Origin: Dickeya dadantii NCPPB 898
Lineage (GTDB): Bacteria > Pseudomonadota > Gammaproteobacteria > Enterobacterales > Enterobacteriaceae
Direction of reading: 5' to 3'
Assembly (NCBI RefSeq): GCF_000406145.1
Contig: NZ_CM001976.1
Location: 297,497-329,496, forward strand
DNA length: 32,000 bases
Shown: positions 10,295-18,383 of the stretch, piece by piece
How the letters are laid out: the number at the start of each line of letters is the position of its first letter
Position numbering within the stretch: position 1 is the first letter of the stretch
The notes under the pieces: generated by a model
The model's database searches: none
The model's input: only the letters and a program-made list of their open reading frames with translations
What the model was told of the DNA's origin: nothing
Position numbers and translations under genes: made by a program

Positions 10295-10795
10295 TTACAG
10301 CGGGTGATAGCCCTGCCACTGCGGCGGCGATACCCGCCCGGTTGGGTTAGCGGTCAGGTGGATGTGCCAGCGGTCCAGCAGGGTGAGCGGCAGGCAGTCG
10401 TCCACGTCGCGCAGATCGTCCTTGTGCTGCTGAAACACCTCGGTCAGCAGCACCGCTTTGGCGCGCTGTTTGGCTTGCTCCGCATCCGTCGCCACGAATA
10501 GCCCGAATTGATGTACCTCTGCCGGGTCGTGCGGCAAGTATCCGCCCATATTGATAAACCAGAGTTTTTCCCGTCCCTGAAACGGTTGGCGGCTGAGCGT
10601 GATATCATAGCCGTCCGCCCAATGGCAGGGGGTGTAGCTATCGACGTGGACCTGGCTTTTATCACCGAACCAGTTGGCCTTCAGCAGAGGAAATCCGTCT
10701 TGCGGGTGCTCCACCGCCGCGAACTGAACATCATGCAGTTCGATGTTGGCGCCCTGGGCGCGTCCGCCCACGTAATACATAAATAGCGTTGTCAT
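10295..10795 (-). CDS. Uncharacterised protein with two DUF1543-like repeats
   Basis: 166 aa from ATG 10795 (MTTLFMYYVGGRAQGANIELHDVQFAAVE...). There is an internal two-fold repeat: LFMYYVGG..ANIELHDVQF versus LWFINMGGYL..AEVHQFGLF. This matches my recollection of the DUF1543 (PF07566) signature. No catalytic motif was recognised. Confidence 0.7.
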   Translation of the reverse strand: MTTLFMYYVGGRAQGANIELHDVQFAAVEHPQDGFPLLKANWFGDKSQVHVDSYTPCHWADGYDITLSRQPFQGREKLWFINMGGYLPHDPAEVHQFGLFVATDAEQAKQRAKAVLLTEVFQQHKDDLRDVDDCLPLTLLDRWHIHLTANPTGRVSPPQWQGYHPL

Positions 10796-10911
10796 GCGGG
10801 ATCGATCCTCTCTGGTTGTGGCCTGCAATTTCGCTGTGTGGTTGATTACATAACGAAAACGTTTACCTTAACCGCTTGTAAGACAAATTGATATCAATGG
10901 AAGACGGAATA

Positions 10912-11538
10912 ATGACACTGCATCTTTGGCTGGTTTACGTCGGCGTGATCACGGCGCTGATCGCCGTACCGGGGCCGTCGGCTCTGCTGAGTATGACGCA
11001 CGGCCTGCGTTACGGACAACGACGCGCGCTGGCGACCGTGCTGGGCGGCGCGACCGGTTCGCTGGTGTTGATGACGGCGTCCGCGCTGGGGCTGGGCGCG
11101 ATTCTGGCGGCGTCGGCCACCGCGTTTCTGGCGTTAAAGGTGGTCGGTGCGGCTTACCTGATTTGGCTCGGTATTTCCGCCTGGCGGACGCGGGAAAGCA
11201 CCCTGACGCCGTCGGTTGAGGTGGAGGCGATCGCGCCGGGGTTGCCGAAGCTGTATCACCGCGGTTTTATGGTGGGGGTCAGCAATCCTAAAGATATCCT
11301 GTTCTTTGCCGCCTTGTTCCCCAATTTTATCGATACCAGCGCCCCGCAAGCGATGCAATTCGCACTGCTGGCGCTCACCTGGGTGGTGCTGGATTGCAGC
11401 ATCATGTTCAGCTACGCCTGCATGGGGAATCGCGTTTCTGCGCTGTTTGCTCACCCTCGCCGCCTGCGGTTGTTCAACCGCGCCACCGGCACGCTGTTCA
11501 TTTTCGCCGGCTCCGCACTGGTGGCATCAACCAAATAA
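10912..11538 (+). CDS. LysE/RhtB-family amino-acid or metabolite exporter
   Basis: 208 aa from ATG 10912 (MTLHLWLVYVGVITALIAVPGPSALLSMTHGLRYGQRRA...). It is about 6-TM hydrophobic, with the N-terminal PGP motif, the size typical of the LysE superfamily, and a GVSNPKDILFF segment. ATG 10897 is an alternative start. Confidence 0.8.
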   Translation: MTLHLWLVYVGVITALIAVPGPSALLSMTHGLRYGQRRALATVLGGATGSLVLMTASALGLGAILAASATAFLALKVVGAAYLIWLGISAWRTRESTLTPSVEVEAIAPGLPKLYHRGFMVGVSNPKDILFFAALFPNFIDTSAPQAMQFALLALTWVVLDCSIMFSYACMGNRVSALFAHPRRLRLFNRATGTLFIFAGSALVASTK

Positions 11539-11568
11539 AAACCGTTACACAAGGTGCCAGTGAGTGAG

Positions 11569-11596
11569 GCTGTTGACAAACAGCTGGGTTGTTTTA
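11569..11596 (+). terminator. Weak hairpin plus T-rich tail after the LysE-family gene
   Basis: GCTGTT (11569-11574) pairs with AACAGC (11579-11584) around loop GACA, followed by TGGGTTGTTTTA. The stem is short and AT-rich, so this is only a weak candidate. Confidence 0.3.
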
Positions 11597-11728
11597 TGAA
11601 TGGTGATGTCTGTCAGATGAGTGAGTGATTTCGTGCGGGATAAACGGTGTAATTTCTTTGCAATTTCATCGCACGCACGACAAGAAGAGGCTCAAACGCC
11701 GCCTCTCCTTGACCACTGGCTAGGGGCT

Positions 11729-11865
11729 AAACTGTGCCGCTAACGCGGTTCCTTCGGCGTTCGACTTCGCTGTTCGGGCCGCCCATGACGTGCTCCAAAC
11801 ACGGCACGGGCTTTCACCGCATCCATGCGGCTCACCCGGCGAAGTCGCTCGCCTCAGCACAGTTT
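11729..11865. repeat. ~137-bp nested imperfect palindromic intergenic element (MITE/REP-like)
   Basis: Outer arms are AAACTGTGC (11729-11737) and GCACAGTTT (11857-11865). Inner arms are CGACTTCGC (11762-11770) and GCGAAGTCG (11839-11847). The central palindrome is CCGCATCCATGCGG (11817-11830). The left arm carries an extra hairpin, AACGC (11742-11746) with GCGTT (11757-11761). Confidence 0.6.
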
Positions 11866-11944
11866 TTGACGCCGGAAAAACCCTTCATCTCGCACTGATC
11901 GCGTCTGTCAGCAATCTGAGGCACTGTAAGGTGCTTGCCTGGTA

Positions 11945-12493
11945 TTATTCGGCTTCCGCCAGTTCACGCAAATACTGGAAAATCAGCCGGGCTGATTTGG
12001 GTGGCTTGTTGGCGGCTTTTTCTTTCTGGGCGTTACGTACCAGTGAGCGCAGTTGCTGGCGGTCGGCCTGCGGGTAAAGCGCAAGGATGTCCGGAACGGC
12101 ACCGTCGCCTTCGGCGATCAGCCGGTCGCGCAACTGCTCCAGTTTGTGGAACAGCGATACCTGCTGGTTGTGGCGGTTGCGCAGCTTGTCCAGCGCGGTC
12201 TGGATGGGCTCCGGGTCGCGGGCACGAAGCATCTTGCCAATCAGCTGCAACTGCCGGCGGCGGCCTTCCTTAGTGATGCGCTGCGCCAGTTCAATCGCGG
12301 CGCGCAGGTCTTCATCCAGCGGGATGCGCTCCAGCGCGTTCTTACCCAGCTCAACCAGCTCGGTACCCAGTGCCTTCAGGGCTTCAGCATCGCGTTTGAT
12401 CTCGCTTTTGCTGACCCAGATTATCTCTTCGTCGTCATCGTCCTGGCTGGCGTCCGGGACGTCATCCTGCCAGTCTTCGGGATGTTTGTTCAT
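11945..12493 (-). CDS. darP: Ribosome-associated protein DarP (YjgA), 50S subunit assembly/quality control
   Basis: 182 aa. [14 protein letters not shown]...[21 protein letters not shown]...[14 protein letters not shown]...[20 protein letters not shown] is colinear with E. coli YjgA (183 aa). It is divergent from pmbA as in E. coli. Confidence 0.93.
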   Translation of the reverse strand: MNKHPEDWQDDVPDASQDDDDEEIIWVSKSEIKRDAEALKALGTELVELGKNALERIPLDEDLRAAIELAQRITKEGRRRQLQLIGKMLRARDPEPIQTALDKLRNRHNQQVSLFHKLEQLRDRLIAEGDGAVPDILALYPQADRQQLRSLVRNAQKEKAANKPPKSARLIFQYLRELAEAE

Positions 12494-12683
12494 CGTGGCT
12501 CCCCAATAAAAGAGGCTGATCCTATCAGGTTATGGGCTTTGTGCGAAATTGTCCGCTGATCCTGTTAGACTCAATTACAGGCTACCTCATTTTACGTCTG
12601 AGGTAAGGTGACGAATAGCAGGCGGACAGCATTCGTTGCATCATGGATTATCTGAATGTTTTCTTACTCATTATGGCAAATCG

Positions 12684-14024
12684 ATGACAATAATCACTCA
12701 GGTTGCAGAACAGCGTAAAGTGCTGGAACAGGCGGTATCGCAGGCGCTGGAACTGGCCCGTGCCGGTTCTGATGCGGCGGAAGTTGCCGTCACGAAAACA
12801 ACGGGGATCAGCGTCAGCTCCCGGTATGGTGAAGTTGAAAACGTCGAATTCAACAGTGACGGTGCGCTTGGCATCACCGTCTACTATCAGCAGCGCAAGG
12901 GCAGCGCGTCGTCCACCGATATGAGCCCGGACGCGATTGCACGCACGGTGCAGGCGGCGCTGGATATTGCCCGTTACACCTCGGTTGACCCATGCTCTGG
13001 CCCGGCGGACAAGGATCTGCTGGCGTTTGAGGCGCCGGATCTGGATCTGTTCCACCCGGCGGAGCTGGACGCCGATCGCGGTATCGAGCTGGCCGCCGCC
13101 GCCGAACAGGCGGCGCTGAAGGCCGACAAACGCATCACCAACACCGAAGGCGGCAGTTTTAACAGCCACTATGGCATCAAGGTGTTCGGCAACAGCCACG
13201 GCATGCTGCAAAGCTACTGCTCCAGCCGCCATTCCATGTCGGTCAGCGTGATTGCCGAGCACAACGGCGATATGGAGCGCGATTACGCCTACACCATCGG
13301 ACGTGCGCTGGGCGATCTGGACTCGCCGGCGTGGGTCGGTGAAGAGTGCGCCCGCCGTACGCTGGCGCGCCTGTCGCCACGTAAACTGGCTACCATGGAG
13401 GCGCCGGTGATGTTCTCAGCCGAGGTGGCGACCGGGTTGTTCGGTCATCTGGTCGGCGCCATCAGCGGCGGCAGCGTCTATCGTAAATCCACCTTCCTGC
13501 TGGATAGTCTCGGCAAACAGATTCTGCCGGAATGGCTGACCATTCAGGAACTGCCGCATTTGCGTAAAGGGCTGGCGTCGACTCCGTTCGACAGCGAAGG
13601 CGTTCGCACCGAACAGCGCGATATCGTCAAAGAGGGCGTGCTGCAAACCTGGCTGCTGACCACCTATGCCGGTCGTAAGCTGGGCATGAAGAGCACCGGT
13701 CATGCCGGCGGGATTCATAACTGGCGTATTGCCGGGCGCGGGCTGGATTTTGACGGCATGCTGAAGGAAATGGGCACCGGCTTGCTGGTCACCAGCCTGA
13801 TGGGGCAGGGCGTCAGTGCGGTAACCGGGGATTATTCCCGCGGCGCCGCCGGATTCTGGGTGGAGAACGGCGAAATTCAGTATCCGGTGAGCGAAATCAC
13901 CATCGCCGGCAACCTGAAAGATATGCTGCGTAACATGGTGACCATCGGTGATGATATCGAGACGCGCAGCAATATCCAGTGCGGTTCGGTGTTGCTGCCG
14001 TCGATGAAGATCGCCGGGGTATAA
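12684..14024 (+). CDS. pmbA: Metalloprotease subunit PmbA (TldE), partner of TldD
   Basis: 446 aa from ATG 12684 ([25 protein letters not shown]...[27 protein letters not shown]...[17 protein letters not shown]), colinear with E. coli PmbA (450 aa). Confidence 0.95.
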   Translation: MTIITQVAEQRKVLEQAVSQALELARAGSDAAEVAVTKTTGISVSSRYGEVENVEFNSDGALGITVYYQQRKGSASSTDMSPDAIARTVQAALDIARYTSVDPCSGPADKDLLAFEAPDLDLFHPAELDADRGIELAAAAEQAALKADKRITNTEGGSFNSHYGIKVFGNSHGMLQSYCSSRHSMSVSVIAEHNGDMERDYAYTIGRALGDLDSPAWVGEECARRTLARLSPRKLATMEAPVMFSAEVATGLFGHLVGAISGGSVYRKSTFLLDSLGKQILPEWLTIQELPHLRKGLASTPFDSEGVRTEQRDIVKEGVLQTWLLTTYAGRKLGMKSTGHAGGIHNWRIAGRGLDFDGMLKEMGTGLLVTSLMGQGVSAVTGDYSRGAAGFWVENGEIQYPVSEITIAGNLKDMLRNMVTIGDDIETRSNIQCGSVLLPSMKIAGV

Positions 14025-14046
14025 GGTTCCTTTTCACCGATATTAA

Positions 14047-14106
14047 CTGCTGCACCGGCATTGGCTGTTGCACAGACATTGACTGCTGCACAGACATTGA
14101 CTGCCC
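14047..14106. repeat. 18-bp tandem repeat, about 3.3 copies, between convergent pmbA and rnk
   Basis: The units are CTGCTGCACCGGCATTGG (14047-14064), CTGTTGCACAGACATTGA (14065-14082), CTGCTGCACAGACATTGA (14083-14100) and a partial CTGCCC (14101-14106). A more degenerate copy may lie at about 14029-14046. The last partial unit is the left stem of a hairpin: CTGCCC (14101-14106) pairs with GGGCAG (14116-14121). Confidence 0.8.
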
Positions 14107-14144
14107 GGATATTCAGGGCAGTCGTTTGGCGCATTTCGGCGTTA

Positions 14145-14555
14145 TCAGCGGTGGTATTCACCCGCCGCTTCCGGCTGGTAGAGCAGTTCCATCACTTCAA
14201 TCCGCGTTTCTTCGCCATTCGGCAACGGCCAGGCAATGCTGTTGCCGACATGCATGCCGAGCAGCGCGGCTCCCAGCGGCGCCATGACCGAAATCTGTTC
14301 CCGGCTGTCTTTCAGGCTGGCCGGATAGACCAGCGTGCGGATATGTTCTTCCGTCGTGAGCAGGTCGCGGAACCGAACCCGGCTATTCATGGTGACCACA
14401 TCTCCTGGGATCTCGACCGGCTGGACGATATCCGCCCGATCCAGTTCTTCGCTCAGGGCCTGCGCCACCTCGGTATCGGCAAAAGCGGGCTGCTCCAGCA
14501 GCGCATCCAGGCGTTCGGCATCCAGCTCGCTAATCGTCAGGTGCGGTTTATCCAT
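14145..14555 (-). CDS. rnk: Regulator of nucleoside diphosphate kinase (GreA/GreB-like C-terminal domain)
   Basis: 136 aa from ATG 14555 ([25 protein letters not shown]...[13 protein letters not shown]...[11 protein letters not shown]...[11 protein letters not shown]), the same length and pattern as E. coli Rnk. GGAGA SD lies 5 nt upstream of ATG 14555. Confidence 0.9.
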   Translation of the reverse strand: MDKPHLTISELDAERLDALLEQPAFADTEVAQALSEELDRADIVQPVEIPGDVVTMNSRVRFRDLLTTEEHIRTLVYPASLKDSREQISVMAPLGAALLGMHVGNSIAWPLPNGEETRIEVMELLYQPEAAGEYHR

Positions 14556-14735
14556 ATGTTTCTCCAGTTTTTGCAATAACTGATAACAACGCCCCCGCCA
14601 CGAAGGGCAGGGGCATAAGTTAATCCGATGGTAGCAGGGATGCCAGGAACTTACCGCATAAAAACGTACCGCATAAAAAGGAAGAGATCGGGATCACGAA
14701 TGGCGACTTGCGCCAGCGGGAGGAAATGCGACAGA

Positions 14736-15008
14736 TTAATCCTCGTCAAACCCGGCTTCAAATAGCTGAATAACCGCCGCCAGCGCCTGTTCTTCATCCG
14801 ACCCGGTAACTTCCACTTCGATATGGCGCCCTTTGGCCGAATCCAGCATCAGCATGGCGATGACGCTGCTGGCGTCGGCTTCGGTGCCGCTTTCATTGCG
14901 TAGCAACACCGCGGAGTCAAAGCTTTGTACCAGCTCGAACAGCTTCATGGCCGGGCGGGCGTGCATCCCTAAGCGGTTTTTCACTTCAACGGTTTGCCTG
15001 ACGGTCAT
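14736..15008 (-). CDS. ptsO: Nitrogen-related phosphocarrier protein NPr
   Basis: 90 aa. [30 protein letters not shown]...LFEAGFDED closely matches E. coli NPr, including the active-site His in GMHARPA. It overlaps rapZ by 4 nt (ATGA). Confidence 0.96.
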   Translation of the reverse strand: MTVRQTVEVKNRLGMHARPAMKLFELVQSFDSAVLLRNESGTEADASSVIAMLMLDSAKGRHIEVEVTGSDEEQALAAVIQLFEAGFDED

Positions 15009-15859
15009 GATTTGCGTTTTTCCAGCGTACGGTGGCGTGACTGTACGTTTTTGCCACGGGAACGAAAGTAATCCGCCAGTTGCTCGGCGATGTAGACGGA
15101 ACGGTGCTTACCGCCGGTACAGCCGATGGCGACGGTAAGATAGCTGCGGTTGTTGGTTTCCAGCATTGGCAGCCACAGTTCCAGGTAGCTGCGGGTCTGA
15201 TAGATGAAGTTGTGGACTTCGGTGTGCCGGTCAAGAAACGCGGCCACCGGTTTATCCAGACCCGTCATCGGACGCAGTTTCGGGTCCCAGTGGGGGTTAG
15301 GCAGGAAACGCACGTCAAACACGTAGTCCGCGTCAATCGGGATGCCGTGCTTGTAGCCGAATGACTCGAAGACCATGGTCAGCTCGCGCTCGCGTTTGCC
15401 CAGTAAGCGGGTGCGCAACATTTCTGCTAATTCATGCACCGACATTTCCGAGGTATCGATGATCAGATCGGCGCGCGAGCGCAGCGGCTCCAGCAAATCG
15501 TTTTCTTCATCGATAGCGCTTTCCAGCGACAGGTTTTTGCTGGAGAGCGGGTGCAGGCGACGGGTGTCGCTGTAACGCCGAATCAGCGTATTGCGATCGG
15601 CGTCCAGAAACAGCAGTTGGGGAGAAAAACTCTGGGGCAGGCGGGTCAGGGCATGTTCCAGCACTTCCGGCGTTTCCGGCAGGTTGCGCACGTCAATGCT
15701 GACCGCCGCGGAGATATTTCGTTCCGCCAGCGTGTGCGCCAGCTCGGGCAACAGCACCACCGGCAGGTTATCTACACAATAGAAACCCATGTCTTCCAGC
15801 GCGCGCAGGGCTACGGATTTCCCCGAACCTGAACGACCACTGACAATCATCAGCACCAT
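15005..15859 (-). CDS. rapZ: RNase adapter protein RapZ (YhbJ)
   Basis: 284 aa. [33 protein letters not shown]... with a Walker A motif, nearly identical to E. coli RapZ along its length. Confidence 0.97.
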   Translation of the reverse strand: MVLMIVSGRSGSGKSVALRALEDMGFYCVDNLPVVLLPELAHTLAERNISAAVSIDVRNLPETPEVLEHALTRLPQSFSPQLLFLDADRNTLIRRYSDTRRLHPLSSKNLSLESAIDEENDLLEPLRSRADLIIDTSEMSVHELAEMLRTRLLGKRERELTMVFESFGYKHGIPIDADYVFDVRFLPNPHWDPKLRPMTGLDKPVAAFLDRHTEVHNFIYQTRSYLELWLPMLETNNRSYLTVAIGCTGGKHRSVYIAEQLADYFRSRGKNVQSRHRTLEKRKS

Positions 15860-16008
15860 CTGACGACTCCCCCCTGGCAGCGGGATGGTGAATGTCCACC
15901 GCCACAGTTAGCTAACTTCGTTTTCCCGGCAGGGCCGGCATCCTGTCAGGCTCGCGCCTGCTGTTACGCGTGTTGTGGAAAGCAGCCGAAACCGGCGCCC
16001 GCCAGCCG

Positions 16009-16497
16009 TCAGGGCTGGTCGGACAGATCCGCTTCCGTCATGATCTGATACAGCTCGTCATCGCTTTGAGCGGCGCGCAGCCGCTTACACACGGTTTTAT
16101 CCGCCAGCCGTTTGGCGACGAGCGACAAAGTATGTAAGTGGGTTTTACATTGTTCAGTGGGAACCAGCAAGGCAAAAAGCAGATCGACCGGCTGGTTGTC
16201 GATGGCGTCAAAGGCGATCGGCTGTTCCAACTGGATAAAGACGCCGACCGCGCCCAGCGTATTCTCGTCTTCCAGCTTGCCGTGCGGAATGGCGATGCCA
16301 TTGCCGATGCCGGTGCTGCCCATGCGTTCCCGGGTCAGAATCGCTTCAAACACCATCTGCGGCGGCAGGTTGAGCTGTCTGGCGGCCAGTTCACTGATGA
16401 TTTCCAGTGCGCGCTTTTTGCTCTGACAGTGGACGGCGCTACGCGTGCACTCCTTACGGAGAACAGCGCTAAGTTGCATAACGGGCTCGTTGTTCAT
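16009..16497 (-). CDS. ptsN: Nitrogen-related PTS enzyme IIA-Ntr
   Basis: 162 aa from ATG 16497 (MNNEPVMQLSAVLRKECTRSAVHCQSKKRALEIISELAA...GNGIAIPHGKLE...), colinear with E. coli PtsN (163 aa). Confidence 0.95.
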   Translation of the reverse strand: MNNEPVMQLSAVLRKECTRSAVHCQSKKRALEIISELAARQLNLPPQMVFEAILTRERMGSTGIGNGIAIPHGKLEDENTLGAVGVFIQLEQPIAFDAIDNQPVDLLFALLVPTEQCKTHLHTLSLVAKRLADKTVCKRLRAAQSDDELYQIMTEADLSDQP

Positions 16498-16590
16498 GAT
16501 ACGTTCACTTAACGACACTGTTGCCTTAGGTTACCGGCCCGCCATCACACAGTGGGCCGGTTGCTGTCCCTGCACCTGAAACGGCAAAAA

Positions 16591-16878
16591 TCAGTGCTGT
16601 TTCAGTTTATCCTTATGTTTGTTTAACTGTCTTGCCAGCTTGTCGATCAAGAGATCGATGGCGGCATACATATCATCCGCTTCCGATGTGGCATGCAGCT
16701 CACCTCCGTTGACGTGGATGGTGGCATCCGCAATGTGCAGGATCTTTTCCACTTTCAGTACCACGTACACCTGATTGATACGATCAAAGTATTGCTCAAG
16801 TTTGGCGAATTTTAAGTTTACGAATTCACGCAGAGCATCGGTAATTTCGACGTGGTGTCCGGTAATGTTAAGCTGCAT
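16591..16878 (-). CDS. hpf: Ribosome hibernation promoting factor
   Basis: 95 aa. MQLNITGHHVEITDALREFVNLKFAKLEQYFDRINQVYVVLKVEK...KHKDKLKQH closely matches E. coli HPF (YhbH). Confidence 0.96.
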   Translation of the reverse strand: MQLNITGHHVEITDALREFVNLKFAKLEQYFDRINQVYVVLKVEKILHIADATIHVNGGELHATSEADDMYAAIDLLIDKLARQLNKHKDKLKQH

Positions 16879-16902
16879 ATCGTCTTCCTTCTCATGTAGG
16901 GG

Positions 16903-18336
16903 TCAAACCAGCTGTTTGCGTTGGTTTGACGGCGGGATAGATAAAGACTCTCGATACTTGGCGACAGTGCGGCGGGCCACAATGATTCCCTGTTCGGAAA
17001 GCAGTGAGGTCAGCTTGCTGTCGCTCAGCGGTTTAGCGGGGTTTTCCGCTGCAATGAGTTTCCTGACCAGCGCGCGGATAGCGGTGGATGATGCCTCGCC
17101 GCCGTTGTCGGTGTTGACGTGGCTGGAAAAGAAATACTTCAGCTCAAAAATACCGCGCGGACTGTGCAGAAATTTCTGGGTCGTTACGCGGGAAATGGTG
17201 GACTCGTGCATGTCCACGGCCTGGGCGATATCCGCCAGCACCATGGGTTTCATGAATTCTTCGCCGTGTTCGAAGAACGCCTGCTGTTGTTCCACAATGC
17301 AGCGGGTCACCTTCAGCAGAGTATCGTTACGGCTTTCCAGACTCTTGATGAGCCAGCGGGCTTCCTGCAAATGGCTGCGAATAAACTGGCCATCGCTGTC
17401 GTTGCGCGCGCTGCTGCCGAGTGCGGCGTACTGTTGGTTGATCTGCAAACGCGGCACGCTGTCGGTATTAAGCTCCACCGCCCAGTGGCCCTGAATTTTG
17501 CGCACCAGCACATCCGGAATGACATACTCGGATTCGCCGGTGTTGATCGACTGCCCCGGGCGCGGATCCAGCGACTGGATCAACGCCAGCGCTTCTTTCA
17601 GCACTTCTTCCTTAAGACGGCTGGTGCGGATCAGGGTACGGAAGTCATGGTTGGCGAGCAGGTCGAGGTATTCGCTGACGATGAGTCTGGCCTCGGCCAG
17701 ACGGGGAATGCCATTGTCGAACTGCGATAGCTGCACCAGCAGGCATTCGCGCAGATCGCGGGCGGCCACGCCGACAGGGTCGAAGCGTTGTACGCGCTTG
17801 AGCACCGCTTCCACTTCTTCAAGCGTCACATCGTCGTTACCGATGCTGTCGCGGATATCGTCCAGCGACACGGTCAGGTAGCCGGTGTTGTCCACCGCGT
17901 CCACGATAGACGTGGCGATGGCGGAATCCGTGTCGGAAAACGGCGTCAGTTCCACCTGCCACATCAGGTAATCCTGCAGCGTCTGGGTGGTTTCGCCCTG
18001 ATAGACCGGCAGCTCTTCGTCACGGTAGTCAGTGCTGGTGCCGGACGGCGTGCCGGCGGTGTAGATTTCATCCCAGGCGGCGTCGAGCGGCAGCTCGTCG
18101 GGCATATCCTTCTGCTCCAGCGCCTCGCGGGTATCCAGCGTTTCGCTGTCGCTGCTTTCCTGGGTTTCCACTTCGTCATGAATATCGGCCTGCTCCAGCA
18201 ACGGGTTGCCTTCCAGCGCCAGTTGGATTTCCTGCTGGAGTTCAAGCGTGGACAACTGCAGCAGGCGGATGGCCTGCTGTAACTGCGGTGTCATAGCCAG
18301 TTGCTGGCTGAGCCTGAGTTGCAAACCTTGCTTCAT
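16903..18336 (-). CDS. rpoN: RNA polymerase sigma-54 factor
   Basis: 477 aa. [38 protein letters not shown]..., an acidic region II, and the C-terminal RpoN box [12 protein letters not shown]. Confidence 0.98.
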   Translation of the reverse strand: MKQGLQLRLSQQLAMTPQLQQAIRLLQLSTLELQQEIQLALEGNPLLEQADIHDEVETQESSDSETLDTREALEQKDMPDELPLDAAWDEIYTAGTPSGTSTDYRDEELPVYQGETTQTLQDYLMWQVELTPFSDTDSAIATSIVDAVDNTGYLTVSLDDIRDSIGNDDVTLEEVEAVLKRVQRFDPVGVAARDLRECLLVQLSQFDNGIPRLAEARLIVSEYLDLLANHDFRTLIRTSRLKEEVLKEALALIQSLDPRPGQSINTGESEYVIPDVLVRKIQGHWAVELNTDSVPRLQINQQYAALGSSARNDSDGQFIRSHLQEARWLIKSLESRNDTLLKVTRCIVEQQQAFFEHGEEFMKPMVLADIAQAVDMHESTISRVTTQKFLHSPRGIFELKYFFSSHVNTDNGGEASSTAIRALVRKLIAAENPAKPLSDSKLTSLLSEQGIIVARRTVAKYRESLSIPPSNQRKQLV

Positions 18337-18383
18337 AACGTGCGCTAACTTCCTTTTTGAATGATCAACCTAAAATGACGTTA

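Noticed and set aside
11573-11601. A consensus -35 hexamer TTGACA (11573-11578) with TATGAA or ATGAAT 16-17 nt downstream, which could drive an orphan rightward transcript or a 10-codon ORF at 11596
   Set aside because: The -10 candidates are poor: each fails at least one of the two most conserved -10 positions, A2 or T6. The TTGACA sits in the loop and stem of the putative terminator hairpin. The 10-aa ORF has no SD. This cannot be supported without transcript data.
11790-12077. A 95-aa plus-strand ORF starting inside the palindromic element and running into darP in antisense
   Set aside because: It has no SD, begins within a repeat element, and most of its length is antisense to the conserved darP. 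Smaller peptides inside the element also lack convincing translation signals: a 28-aa ORF on the minus strand from 11826, and a 37-aa ORF on the plus strand from 11786.
13877-14287. ORFs reading through the 18-bp tandem repeat: a 94-aa minus-strand ORF (…AVNVCAAVNVCATANAGAAVN…) and a 102-aa plus-strand ORF (…CCTGIGCCTDIDCCTDIDC…)
   Set aside because: Both overlap the well-supported 3' ends of pmbA and rnk. The repetitive peptides simply reflect the 18-bp (6-codon) period, and no start or SD signals support translation.
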